The position numbers and the translations under genes were made by a program. From a bacterium (GTDB lineage: Bacteria > Krumholzibacteriota > Krumholzibacteriia > G020349025), in assembly GCA_031362565.1 (NCBI GenBank), contig JANLSU010000039.1, positions 32,001 through 96,000 of the forward strand: DNA of 64,000 nucleotides, read 5' to 3'. The notes under the pieces are model-generated. The model saw only the letters and a list, made by a program, of their open reading frames with translations. It was not told the DNA's origin and did no database searches. Shown here piece after piece: positions 54,003-62,646 of the stretch. The stretch's first letter is position 1. Each line of letters opens with the position of its first letter.

Positions 54003-55112
54003 TTAGAAGGCAGTGCTGCTGCCACCCATGCTATGGCACTGGCGGCACAGGTTGCGAGTATCGACGCCCGCATCACCCTGCTCGGTAACCGCGCCCGAAC
54101 CCAACATGAAGATCAGACCGAACGCGTTCTGATTCCCATGACCCTTGTGGCACGACATGCAGGACGCCGTCAAGTCCGTGTTTCCAATCGCGTAACTGCC
54201 GGCACGCACGCCGGTCGGCGACATGACTTGCACTTGGTTGCGATTTGGGACGACGGGGCTCGTACCCACGAAGCGCGCCAGGCTCGAGTGTCCGCCACCG
54301 AGCGCGCCGATGTTCACCGTCGATGCCGGGTGACGCTTGAACTCGTCCAACAACCCGAGCGGGTTCGGGGCGGGCGCGAGCACACCGCCAATTTCCGCGC
54401 CACCAAGCGAGCCATGGAAGTCTGTATGACAGCTCTTGCAGAAGGTCGCGTACTGCGATTCCGTCGTCACTGGTTCGTTGAACGTGATGTGGTTGTAACC
54501 GTAGTGGTTGGCGTTCACGCCGCTCGACACGTCTTCGAACACCCAACGAGTCAGGTCGTTCGAGGGTTCGACGTCGCCGCGCGAGTAGCTGAGGCTGATT
54601 CCCGATGGGCCGTACAAATTGCGGTAGCCGCCGTTGCTCGGCAGACCGCTCTGCGTCCGGCCATGCGGTGCGTGACAATCGACGCAGTTCAAGCCGGTCA
54701 GGTTGCGCCACGTTCCGCCAGGGGCCACCAGGCCCGAACCCAGAGTGTGGCCGTTTTCCGGATGGTAGCTGCCGGTGCTGCTCACGTCATTCAGTGCGCC
54801 CGCTTGACGCACGTACCCGGCGCTATGGGTTTCGAGAACGTCAGGCGCGAAGTTCTGGCCGTCATGGCAGGACAAGCACAGGTCGTTGATGTCATTGCGC
54901 AGCAGGAATTCGTACGGTCCGGCGGCGCCGAGCGCCGTGAAGTTTCCGCCACCATTGGCGTTGTAACCGTGGGACTGGCTGGCGTGCATCACATGGCAAT
55001 CTGCACAAATGAGATTGACGCCGGTATGCCAGTCGCCCGCAAAGGCAACTCCGGCCACCAGAGTCATCACGCTGCTCAAGACCACGACGTTTCTTAGGAT
55101 CTTCTTCGTCAT
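54003..55112 (-). CDS. OmcS-like hexaheme cytochrome c (candidate nanowire subunit)
   Basis: Six CxxCH. WHTGVNLICADCHVMH parallels OmcS FHSGGVAECEGCHTMH; shared APGGT, CxxCHxPHG, YRxL, CHTDxH, RHPA and RxLCxxCH landmarks. Confidence 0.85.
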   Translation of the reverse strand: MTKKILRNVVVLSSVMTLVAGVAFAGDWHTGVNLICADCHVMHASQSHGYNANGGGNFTALGAAGPYEFLLRNDINDLCLSCHDGQNFAPDVLETHSAGYVRQAGALNDVSSTGSYHPENGHTLGSGLVAPGGTWRNLTGLNCVDCHAPHGRTQSGLPSNGGYRNLYGPSGISLSYSRGDVEPSNDLTRWVFEDVSSGVNANHYGYNHITFNEPVTTESQYATFCKSCHTDFHGSLGGAEIGGVLAPAPNPLGLLDEFKRHPASTVNIGALGGGHSSLARFVGTSPVVPNRNQVQVMSPTGVRAGSYAIGNTDLTASCMSCHKGHGNQNAFGLIFMLGSGAVTEQGDAGVDTRNLCRQCHSMGGSSTAF

Positions 55113-55126
55113 GATGTCTCACCTCT

Positions 55127-56131
55127 TCAGTTCGACCCTGGCTCCTCTCGCCGTGGAGTCGGAGCCGTCGTGTTGGACTCGGAACCGGGGTCCGGGCTCT
55201 TCGTCATCCCGACTTCAAGAATCTGGATCCGGGCGCCCGCCCGCTCCAGGACCACGAGTCGATCGGCGGCGAGAAACGCGCACGAAACCGGGTGGATGAA
55301 CTCTCCTGGTTCGCGACCTCGTCCACCGATACGGCCAAGGTACTTTCCCTCCGTGCTGAACACGCTGATGGAGCTTCGAATCGTGTCGGTGATCCACAGC
55401 GTGTTCTCAGGTCCCCAGGCGGCGTGCGTTGGCAACGAGAAGGTGCCGGCGCCCTCGCCATGTGATCCAAACATCGCAATCTGTGTGCCATCGGATTTGA
55501 ACACCCCAATCGGAGTCTCCGCATCCGCATCGACGGTTGAAATCAGCGATTCGTCAGCATTCACCGCGACACAAACCGGGGCCCGAAACGGTGCTTCGCC
55601 GACGTGATCGATGCGCAGGTCGATCGTGCCGTTCGGCCGAACGGCGAAGATCGACGAACTCGGCCCGCCGATCGCCAGCCAAATACGGCCACTCGGCGCC
55701 ACCGCGACGTCGTTGATTTGACCTGCCGGCAGCGAATCGAGCCATGCCAGGGTCGCGCCGGTCGCCGTGAGGACCTCAAGGCCCCGGCCATTGCCGGCGA
55801 CGTACAGCCGGGCCCGTGAATCGAACGCTACGGCCCGCGGTTCGCACTCCCGCCCCTCGGAATCGCTTGTGGCACAAGGGATTCCGCCGCGGGACCGGCC
55901 CGTGCCATCGAACAGCAGCAGGCGGTGATTGCCGGTATCGGCGACCACGAGGAGGCCGCGAGCAGGGTCAGCAGCCAGTCCGAGTGGGCCATGGAAGGCG
56001 TCGAGCGGCGACGGGCCATACCAGATCCGCGGCACCGAAAGGATGACGGGCGCCTGCGCCGCGGCGGCCGCGGCGACGCCGGCGAGGATCGAGGCGTACA
56101 CGAGGGTCCGGCAGAGGCGGCGGGCGCGCAT
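55127..56131 (-). CDS. NHL-repeat beta-propeller, exported
   Basis: FHGPLGLAAD...VVADTGNHRL; FGSHGEGAGTFSLP; IGGRGREPGEFIHP; signal peptide. Confidence 0.88.
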   Translation of the reverse strand: MRARRLCRTLVYASILAGVAAAAAAQAPVILSVPRIWYGPSPLDAFHGPLGLAADPARGLLVVADTGNHRLLLFDGTGRSRGGIPCATSDSEGRECEPRAVAFDSRARLYVAGNGRGLEVLTATGATLAWLDSLPAGQINDVAVAPSGRIWLAIGGPSSSIFAVRPNGTIDLRIDHVGEAPFRAPVCVAVNADESLISTVDADAETPIGVFKSDGTQIAMFGSHGEGAGTFSLPTHAAWGPENTLWITDTIRSSISVFSTEGKYLGRIGGRGREPGEFIHPVSCAFLAADRLVVLERAGARIQILEVGMTKSPDPGSESNTTAPTPRREEPGSN

Positions 56132-56350
56132 GGTTTTCCTCCGCAGAACAGGGCTGGGGTAACCCACTTCCTCCGGTTCTTCGGTGCGAGGATTCGGTGT
56201 ATTCAAACGACTCAACGCGCGGGTCGAGTGTGTCCTTTCGCTCGGGCAGGTCCTTTGGCAACGCTCGAACGGACGCACTGTGTCCTTTCGCATCAGGCTC
56301 GGGGCCCCCCCTCGGCGCCCCAACGGGGGGTCGGCCGTTGGGTGGAGAAC

Positions 56351-56366
56351 GCAGCTTGCACGCCAA
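56351..56366 (-). promoter_or_regulatory. Sigma54-like promoter TTGGCGTgcaagCTGC
   Basis: GG-N10-GC spacing, about 220 nt upstream of the cytochrome operon. Confidence 0.55.
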
Positions 56367-56538
56367 CGCAACGCATGGGGATCGTGAAATCAACGCCGAT
56401 CGACAGGCAGTTGGACCTGCCGTACGTCGTGCATGCACGTGCGCCGCGAACTTGCGCTGCGGGGTGGAGTCCGCGGCATTGTGGGAACGACGCGCCGGCG
56501 CCGCGGCACGGCCGCCGGCGTTTCATCGCTCCCCAGGG

Positions 56539-57309
56539 TCACATGGGATGCGTCAGCTTGATCGCTGCGAGAACGGCGCCGGACGGATCCGCAAAAATGG
56601 TGAAGCGCCCAACGTTCTCGATCGTCATCGGCGGCATGTAGACCTGGCCGCCGAGTTCGCCGGCCTTCTTCGCGACGCTGTCGCAATCGTCCACCATCAC
56701 ATACGGCGTCCAGTTCGGCGGCATGTTGCCTTGCTGGGGCTTCATCGCCATCATGCCGGCCACCGAACGGCCGCCGACTTGAAACTCCGTGTACTCGTTC
56801 TTCGGATCCGGCTTTGCGGTCCAATTGAAGAGTTCGGTATAGAACGCCTTGGCGCGCGCCGTGTCACGGGTGGCGAGTTCGCTCCAACCGAAGGGGCCCT
56901 TGTCCGAAGTACCGGGATGCTGATCGAGCAGCGCGATGCCAATCGCCGCGCCGGTCGGATCTTGCAGGAACCCGATGCGGCCGACGCCCGGCACGTCCAT
57001 CGCCGGCATCATCGCCTGGCCGCCCAAGGTGGCGGCGCGCGTCAAGGTTTCGTCGACGTTTTCGACCGCGACGTAGGTCGCCCAATTGGACGGTACGCCT
57101 TCGAACTGCGGCCCTGCCATTTGGTACAAGCCGGCGATGTCCTCGCCGCCCGCCTTGAGAATCGTATACGCGCCGGCCCCACCCGGCATCGGCACTTCCA
57201 TCGCTTCCCAGCCGAAGAGGCGGGTATAAAAACTCTTCGCCTTCGCAGCGTCGCGCGTGGCGCATTCGAACCAGTTGAATGTCCCGGGCGCATGCTTGGA
57301 TGCGGACAT
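56539..57309 (-). CDS. VOC/glyoxalase family protein (two domains)
   Basis: PGTFNWFE..TRD..AKSFY; GPFGWSELATRD; DPTGA/DPSGA. Confidence 0.9.
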   Translation of the reverse strand: MSASKHAPGTFNWFECATRDAAKAKSFYTRLFGWEAMEVPMPGGAGAYTILKAGGEDIAGLYQMAGPQFEGVPSNWATYVAVENVDETLTRAATLGGQAMMPAMDVPGVGRIGFLQDPTGAAIGIALLDQHPGTSDKGPFGWSELATRDTARAKAFYTELFNWTAKPDPKNEYTEFQVGGRSVAGMMAMKPQQGNMPPNWTPYVMVDDCDSVAKKAGELGGQVYMPPMTIENVGRFTIFADPSGAVLAAIKLTHPM

Positions 57310-57520
57310 GACCAGCCTCCGGTTGCGGTGGGCGGATTCTCGGCGTCGAGTCGAGCGAATCGTCATCGCACGCCTCGAAGCGACATCTTGATCACGGAGC
57401 CAGCGAGGAGCCTGAGTGTAGCCGATTCGCAGGCGGTGTGAAGGTCCGAGGTGAGGGCGCCCGGGAGGGCTGGCGGCGGCCCTCCGGCCATCGGCTATAC
57501 TGCCCCACTGACGAACCCGG

Positions 57521-58924
57521 ATGACTTTTGGAGCGAACCGCATGCGCAAGAGCAAGGCGATGTCCGTGGCACTGGCCGTCTGGTCGCTGGCGGCGATTCT
57601 CTGGGTCGGCGCCTCGCACGGCCTGTCGATCCCGCCCGCCATGATCGCCATGGTGCGTTGGATCGGCATCGCCGCCCTCGTCATCCACGCGTACCGCCGT
57701 CGCTCGCTCACGACGTGGATCCTGGTCGCAATGGTCGCCGGCGCCGCGGTCGGCCATGACTGGCCCACGGCCGGCCAGAACTTGCGCATCCTCAGCCAAA
57801 TTTTTCTGCGCTTGATCAAGACCATTATCGCGCCGCTGATCTTCTCGACTCTAGTGGTCGGCATCGCCGGACACAGCGACATCAAGAAGGTCGGGCGGAT
57901 GGGCATCCGGGCGCTCATCTACTTCGAGGTCGTGACGACGATCGCACTGTTCATCGGGCTCGCCGCAATCAACCTGAGCAAAGCCGGAGTGGGTGTGCAA
58001 CCGCCGGCCGAGATGCACGCCGAGCTCCCGAAAACGGAGAAGCAGTCTGCCACCGACGTCATCCTGCACGCCTTTCCCGAAAACATCTGCAAGTCGATCG
58101 CCGAGGGCCAGGTTCTGCAGGTGGTCATTTTTTCGATCCTCTTCGCAATTGCACTGGCCTCGCTCCCCGAGGTACGCCGCGCGCCGATGATGCGTTTCTG
58201 CGAAAGCCTGTCGGAGACGATGTTCAAGTTCACCAACATCGTCATGCTCTTCGCCCCGATTGGGGTCGGGGCGGCGATTGCCAACACCGTCGGCCACATG
58301 GGACTCGGCGTCCTCGTAAACCTCTTCAAGCTCTTGGCAACGCTGTATGTGGCGCTCATCGTGTTCTTGTTGTTCGTACTGCTGCCGATCGCGCTCCTCA
58401 TGCGCGTGCCGATCCGGCGCTTCGTGCGCGCGATCGCCGAGCCGGTATCGATCGCGTTCGCGACGACGAGCAGCGAAGCCGCCCTGCCACGCGCCATGGA
58501 AGCCATGGTCGCGATCGGCGTGCCGCGCCAGATCGTCGCCTTCGTCATGCCGACCGGTTACAGCTTCAACCTGGACGGTTCGACGCTCTATCTGTCGCTG
58601 GCAGCGGTCTTCGTGGCGCAAGCCGCTGGAATCCATCTCGACTTCGGCCAACAGCTCGCCATCGTGTTCACGTTGATGCTGACGAGTAAAGGCGTCGCCG
58701 GAATTCCGCGCGCCAGTCTCGTCATCCTCCTCGGCACCGCGGCCTCGTTCAACCTCCCGGAATGGCCGATCTTCATCATTCTCGGCATCGACGAGCTGAT
58801 GGACATGGCGCGCACCTCCGTCAACGTCATCGGCAATTGCCTCGCCACCGTCGTCGTCGCGCGCTGGGAAGGCGACTTCGGCCGGGAGCGTCCCTCCGTC
58901 ACAGTTCTGGAAGCCGCCGAGTAA
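57521..58924 (+). CDS. Dicarboxylate/amino acid:cation symporter (GltP/DctA family)
   Basis: FLRLIKTIIAPL, AFATTSSEAALP, GYSFNLDG, LTSKGVAG, MDMART. Start is uncertain. Confidence 0.92.
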   Translation: MTFGANRMRKSKAMSVALAVWSLAAILWVGASHGLSIPPAMIAMVRWIGIAALVIHAYRRRSLTTWILVAMVAGAAVGHDWPTAGQNLRILSQIFLRLIKTIIAPLIFSTLVVGIAGHSDIKKVGRMGIRALIYFEVVTTIALFIGLAAINLSKAGVGVQPPAEMHAELPKTEKQSATDVILHAFPENICKSIAEGQVLQVVIFSILFAIALASLPEVRRAPMMRFCESLSETMFKFTNIVMLFAPIGVGAAIANTVGHMGLGVLVNLFKLLATLYVALIVFLLFVLLPIALLMRVPIRRFVRAIAEPVSIAFATTSSEAALPRAMEAMVAIGVPRQIVAFVMPTGYSFNLDGSTLYLSLAAVFVAQAAGIHLDFGQQLAIVFTLMLTSKGVAGIPRASLVILLGTAASFNLPEWPIFIILGIDELMDMARTSVNVIGNCLATVVVARWEGDFGRERPSVTVLEAAE

Positions 58925-59046
58925 CCCCCTGGAACGGACGCGGCGCGGATGGGATAGTCCAAAGCGCTGCGGCGGCGCTACAATTCGCCCGGCCGCGCTG
59001 CGAGACACGACCGGCCGTATTCGCTCGAACACGAAAGAAGGAAAAC

Positions 59047-59700
59047 ATGTCAGTACGCATCGGTGACGAGGCGCCGGACTTCACGGCCGACACGACGGAA
59101 GGGCAGCTCCGTTTCCACGAGTGGATCGGCGACAAGTGGGCGATCCTGTTCTCGCATCCGAAGGATTTCACACCGGTGTGCACGACTGAACTCGGCTACA
59201 TGGCCGGCCTGAAGCCCGAGTTCGAGAAGCGCAACACCAAGGTCATCGGATTGTCCGTCGATCCGGTGACCGACCACCAGTCGTGGGTGAAGGACATTCA
59301 GGAGACACAGGGCCATGCCGTGAACTATCCGCTCATCGGCGACGCCGATCTCACGGTGGCGAAGCTCTACGACATGATTCACCCGAACGCCGCCGGCGGG
59401 AAGCGCACCGCGGTCGACAACATGACCGTGCGGTCGGTGTTCGTCGTGGGGCCCGACAAGAAGGTCAAGGCAATGCTCGTCTACCCGATGAGCACGGGCC
59501 GCAACTTCGACGAAGTCCTGCGGCTCCTCGACTCCTGCCAGCTGACCGCCAAGCACACGGTGGCGACACCAGTGAATTGGCAGCCGGGCCAAGACGTGAT
59601 CATCCCGACGTCGGTTTCCGACGAGGATGCCAAAAAGAAATACCCGCAGGGCTTCAAGACGCTCAAGCCCTATCTCCGGACGGTGGCCCAGCCGAAGTGA
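59047..59700 (+). CDS. 1-Cys peroxiredoxin (Prx6)
   Basis: FSHPKDFTPVCTTE, TGRNFDE, VATPVNW. Confidence 0.95.
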   Translation: MSVRIGDEAPDFTADTTEGQLRFHEWIGDKWAILFSHPKDFTPVCTTELGYMAGLKPEFEKRNTKVIGLSVDPVTDHQSWVKDIQETQGHAVNYPLIGDADLTVAKLYDMIHPNAAGGKRTAVDNMTVRSVFVVGPDKKVKAMLVYPMSTGRNFDEVLRLLDSCQLTAKHTVATPVNWQPGQDVIIPTSVSDEDAKKKYPQGFKTLKPYLRTVAQPK

Positions 59701-60593
59701 GGCGCAGCCGCTTGCTCGCCTTGCTGGCCACGCTCATCTCGAGCTGTGCCCCGGTCACTGCCGTCGGCGTGAAGTTTCTCTATCGCCGGGCCGACCTGCC
59801 ATCCGCGCAGGTCGTCCGGCACATCTGCTACGCGTCGACCGGGGCTCGCGCCAGCGACGCGCAGACGCTCGATCTATACCTGCCGCTGGGCAAGGGCTGG
59901 CCGGTCATCCTGTTCGTCCACGGGGGCAATTGGGATGCGGGCGATAAGCAACTCCGCGTCGGCGGCGCCGACGTCTACGCCAACATCGGCCGTTTCTTCG
60001 CGTCGCAGGGCATCGGCACCGCGGTGATCAACTACCGGCTGCAACCCACGACCGACTGGCGCGGCCAGGTGGACGACGTGCGGCAAGCCACGCTCTGGGT
60101 TCAGAACAACCTTCAGGCCCGCAGCGGCCGGCCCGAGGAACTCTTCCTGATGGGTCATTCCGCCGGCGCGCACCTGAGTTCGTTCGTAGCGCTCGGCGCG
60201 GCGGATTCACTGCACATTCGCGGCGTGATCGCGGTCAGCGGCGCCGCCCTGGACCTGACCGACCAACAAACCTACGACCTAGGCGAAGCCCCCGACTACT
60301 ACGCCAAACGCTTTCGGGCCAACGACCTCGCCGACCAGTGGAAAACCGTTGCGTCCCCCGTCCACTACGTGACACCCAACGCGCCGCCCTTCCTGATCGT
60401 CTACGCCGGCGGCGAAAAGAAAGCCCTTCAGCGCCAAGCCCGCTGCCTACAAAAGGCGCTCGACACTGCACACGTAGAAAACCAGCTCGTCGTCGTGCCC
60501 GGTGAAAGCCACACCCGCATAGTCCTCACCCTAAGCCGCCCCGATAAAACGTCAGCGCCGGCCATCCTCGATTTCATCCACAAGCACGTGTGA
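59697..60593 (+). CDS. Alpha/beta hydrolase (HSL-like), probable lipoprotein
   Basis: GTG start overlaps the prx stop; LISSC; FVHGGNW, INYRL, GHSAG. Confidence 0.82.
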   Translation: MRRSRLLALLATLISSCAPVTAVGVKFLYRRADLPSAQVVRHICYASTGARASDAQTLDLYLPLGKGWPVILFVHGGNWDAGDKQLRVGGADVYANIGRFFASQGIGTAVINYRLQPTTDWRGQVDDVRQATLWVQNNLQARSGRPEELFLMGHSAGAHLSSFVALGAADSLHIRGVIAVSGAALDLTDQQTYDLGEAPDYYAKRFRANDLADQWKTVASPVHYVTPNAPPFLIVYAGGEKKALQRQARCLQKALDTAHVENQLVVVPGESHTRIVLTLSRPDKTSAPAILDFIHKHV

Positions 60594-60657
60594 AGCACCA
60601 GGCGCCGTCGAGCGTCGCAACCGCAGCGTGCTCCCGCCCCGCGCACGTGGTCCGGCG

Positions 60658-62646
60658 CTACCACACTTCGTGCGGCAACTGCACCGGCACGATAATGATG
60701 TCGAGCCCGCGGTACAGCAACCGCCGCTGCAGCGCAAACGCCACTTCATTGTGCAAGAGCCGCATGGTGAGCGTTTCCTGTGGGAAGACGACCTGTCCCG
60801 CCACAAAGACCGTCTGCGGCTGCTCGCTCGCGATCGTCGTCGCGAGCCGCTCCAGTTCCTGCACGACGTCCGTGCCCACCGCCCAGCGTGTCTCGACCTC
60901 GAGCCCCGCGCCGCGCGCCACACCTTCGTAGCGCTCCAGTTCCTTGCGCCGGGTGTCGTTCAACATTGCCAAGTGATTTTCGTCGCGGAATTGATCCGAG
61001 TCCACTTGGACGACGCTCAGGAAGATGACCTTTTGCAGGTCGCTCCCCATGAGGGCGCGCACCCGTCCGAGCGTGTGCAACCCGAGCCCGTCATAGCGGT
61101 TGACGAAAATCGCCGCAACACGTTCGCGACGCGGCTCGTCGCCGGAGTCGAGGGTGTTTTCGACGAGCAAATTCAGCATCGTGAGCGCGAACTGGAAGCG
61201 CCGGTAGTGGTGCCGCACCAGGAAGGCGACGCCCACCGTGCTCCCCGTCACCAAGACGGTGAGCCAGCCACCCTGGAAAAACTTCAGCGACACCGTGACG
61301 ATCAAGATGGCGAAGGAAATCAGCATGCCGGTGCCGTTCAGACAGAAGCGCCAGAGCCAGTCATGGACCCGGTGCCGTTCGATCCACCAATGCCGGACCA
61401 TGCCGAGTTGCGACAGCGTGAACGTCACGAAGACGTTGATGCTGTACATGATGACGAGCTGTTTGACCGACGCACGGGTGTAGAGCAGCGCGATCGCTGC
61501 GCCCACGCCCATGAGGATCACGCCGTTACCGGTGACGAGGCGGCTGCTCAGGTTGGCGAACCGGTTCGGCACCCAGCGATCGACGGCCATCGACGCCAAG
61601 ATGCGCGGCCCCCCCAGAAACCCGGTCTGCGCCGCCACGAAAAGCAGCGCGCCCTCCGACAAGAGCGTGAGGCCGATGAAAACGCTGCCGAGCTGCCAAC
61701 TGTTCGTATTCCAGCCGTCCGCGACCCGGTGCACCAGCGTCGCGTTCAAGGTGCGCCCCGGTTCGTGCGTCAGGTCGAAGAGCCGGTACGCGATGAGGAT
61801 CCCGGCGGCGGTGATCGCCAACGACACCGCCATGGCCAGCATGGTGCGCTTGCCGGTGCGAACCCGCGGCTCGCGCAGCACCGCCATGCCGTTCGAGACC
61901 GCTTCGATCCCGGTGTAGGTCCCGGCGCCGAGACTGTAGGCGCGCAGGAACAGAAAGACCGTCGCCCACAGGCCCATCGTCCGGATGCTCTCGGCCGTTC
62001 CCGAAACCGATTCACGGAATAGCGCCGGAACGCCGGTTGCATGCCCGCCGAGCGCCACCGAGATGAGGATCGCATGCGTCACGACAAAGATGACGAAGAT
62101 CGGCAGCAGAACGCGCACCGATTCCTTGACGCCGCGCAGATTCAGCATGATGAGCGCCGCAATCGACACCAAACAGATGATGGTCTTGTGCGGCGAGTCG
62201 GCGTGGGCCCCGAAAGAGAGCAACGCGTCGACGCCGCTCGCCACCGACACCGCGATGGTCAGCACATAGTCCACGACCAACGCACAGCCGCTGATGACGC
62301 CGGCGGTCGAATTGAGCAGCGTCGTGGCCACCACGTAGCCGCCGCCACCGCCCGGAAACGCCTCGATGATTTGCGAATAGCTGGCGGCAATCACCCCGAC
62401 CGTGAGCGCGGTGGCAAGGGCCAGAAAGAGCGCCAGATGATTGTGCCCATGCAAAGCGAGATAGGCTTCTTCGGGGCCGTAGCAGGACGACGACAGCCCG
62501 TCGCTCCCCAACCCGACCCAGGCGAAGAACGCCACGAGCGACATGCTGTGGAACACGCCGCGCTCGAGCGGGCTCTTCTCGCGGCCGAGGAGCACGCGCT
62601 CAGTGCGCCGGAACGCCGTGCGGACTCTTTGAGAAGGACTGGGCAT
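60658..62646 (-). CDS. APC-superfamily permease, KimA/YdaO-like
   Basis: SDGLSSSCYGPEE, SYSQII.AFPGGGGGY, DYVLTIAVS, TGIEAVSNG; soluble C-terminal domain. Confidence 0.82.
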   Translation of the reverse strand: MPSPSQRVRTAFRRTERVLLGREKSPLERGVFHSMSLVAFFAWVGLGSDGLSSSCYGPEEAYLALHGHNHLALFLALATALTVGVIAASYSQIIEAFPGGGGGYVVATTLLNSTAGVISGCALVVDYVLTIAVSVASGVDALLSFGAHADSPHKTIICLVSIAALIMLNLRGVKESVRVLLPIFVIFVVTHAILISVALGGHATGVPALFRESVSGTAESIRTMGLWATVFLFLRAYSLGAGTYTGIEAVSNGMAVLREPRVRTGKRTMLAMAVSLAITAAGILIAYRLFDLTHEPGRTLNATLVHRVADGWNTNSWQLGSVFIGLTLLSEGALLFVAAQTGFLGGPRILASMAVDRWVPNRFANLSSRLVTGNGVILMGVGAAIALLYTRASVKQLVIMYSINVFVTFTLSQLGMVRHWWIERHRVHDWLWRFCLNGTGMLISFAILIVTVSLKFFQGGWLTVLVTGSTVGVAFLVRHHYRRFQFALTMLNLLVENTLDSGDEPRRERVAAIFVNRYDGLGLHTLGRVRALMGSDLQKVIFLSVVQVDSDQFRDENHLAMLNDTRRKELERYEGVARGAGLEVETRWAVGTDVVQELERLATTIASEQPQTVFVAGQVVFPQETLTMRLLHNEVAFALQRRLLYRGLDIIIVPVQLPHEVW

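Noticed and set aside
52776..55112. Idea that the cytochromes are T9SS substrates
   Set aside because: None of them has a YPNP-type C-terminal sorting domain, and the operon has its own barrel.
56132..56400. c-di-GMP-I/cGAMP (GEMM) riboswitch
   Set aside because: I could not find the GGCAAA...GAAA...GACGCAAAG core by eye; reported only as an unknown leader.
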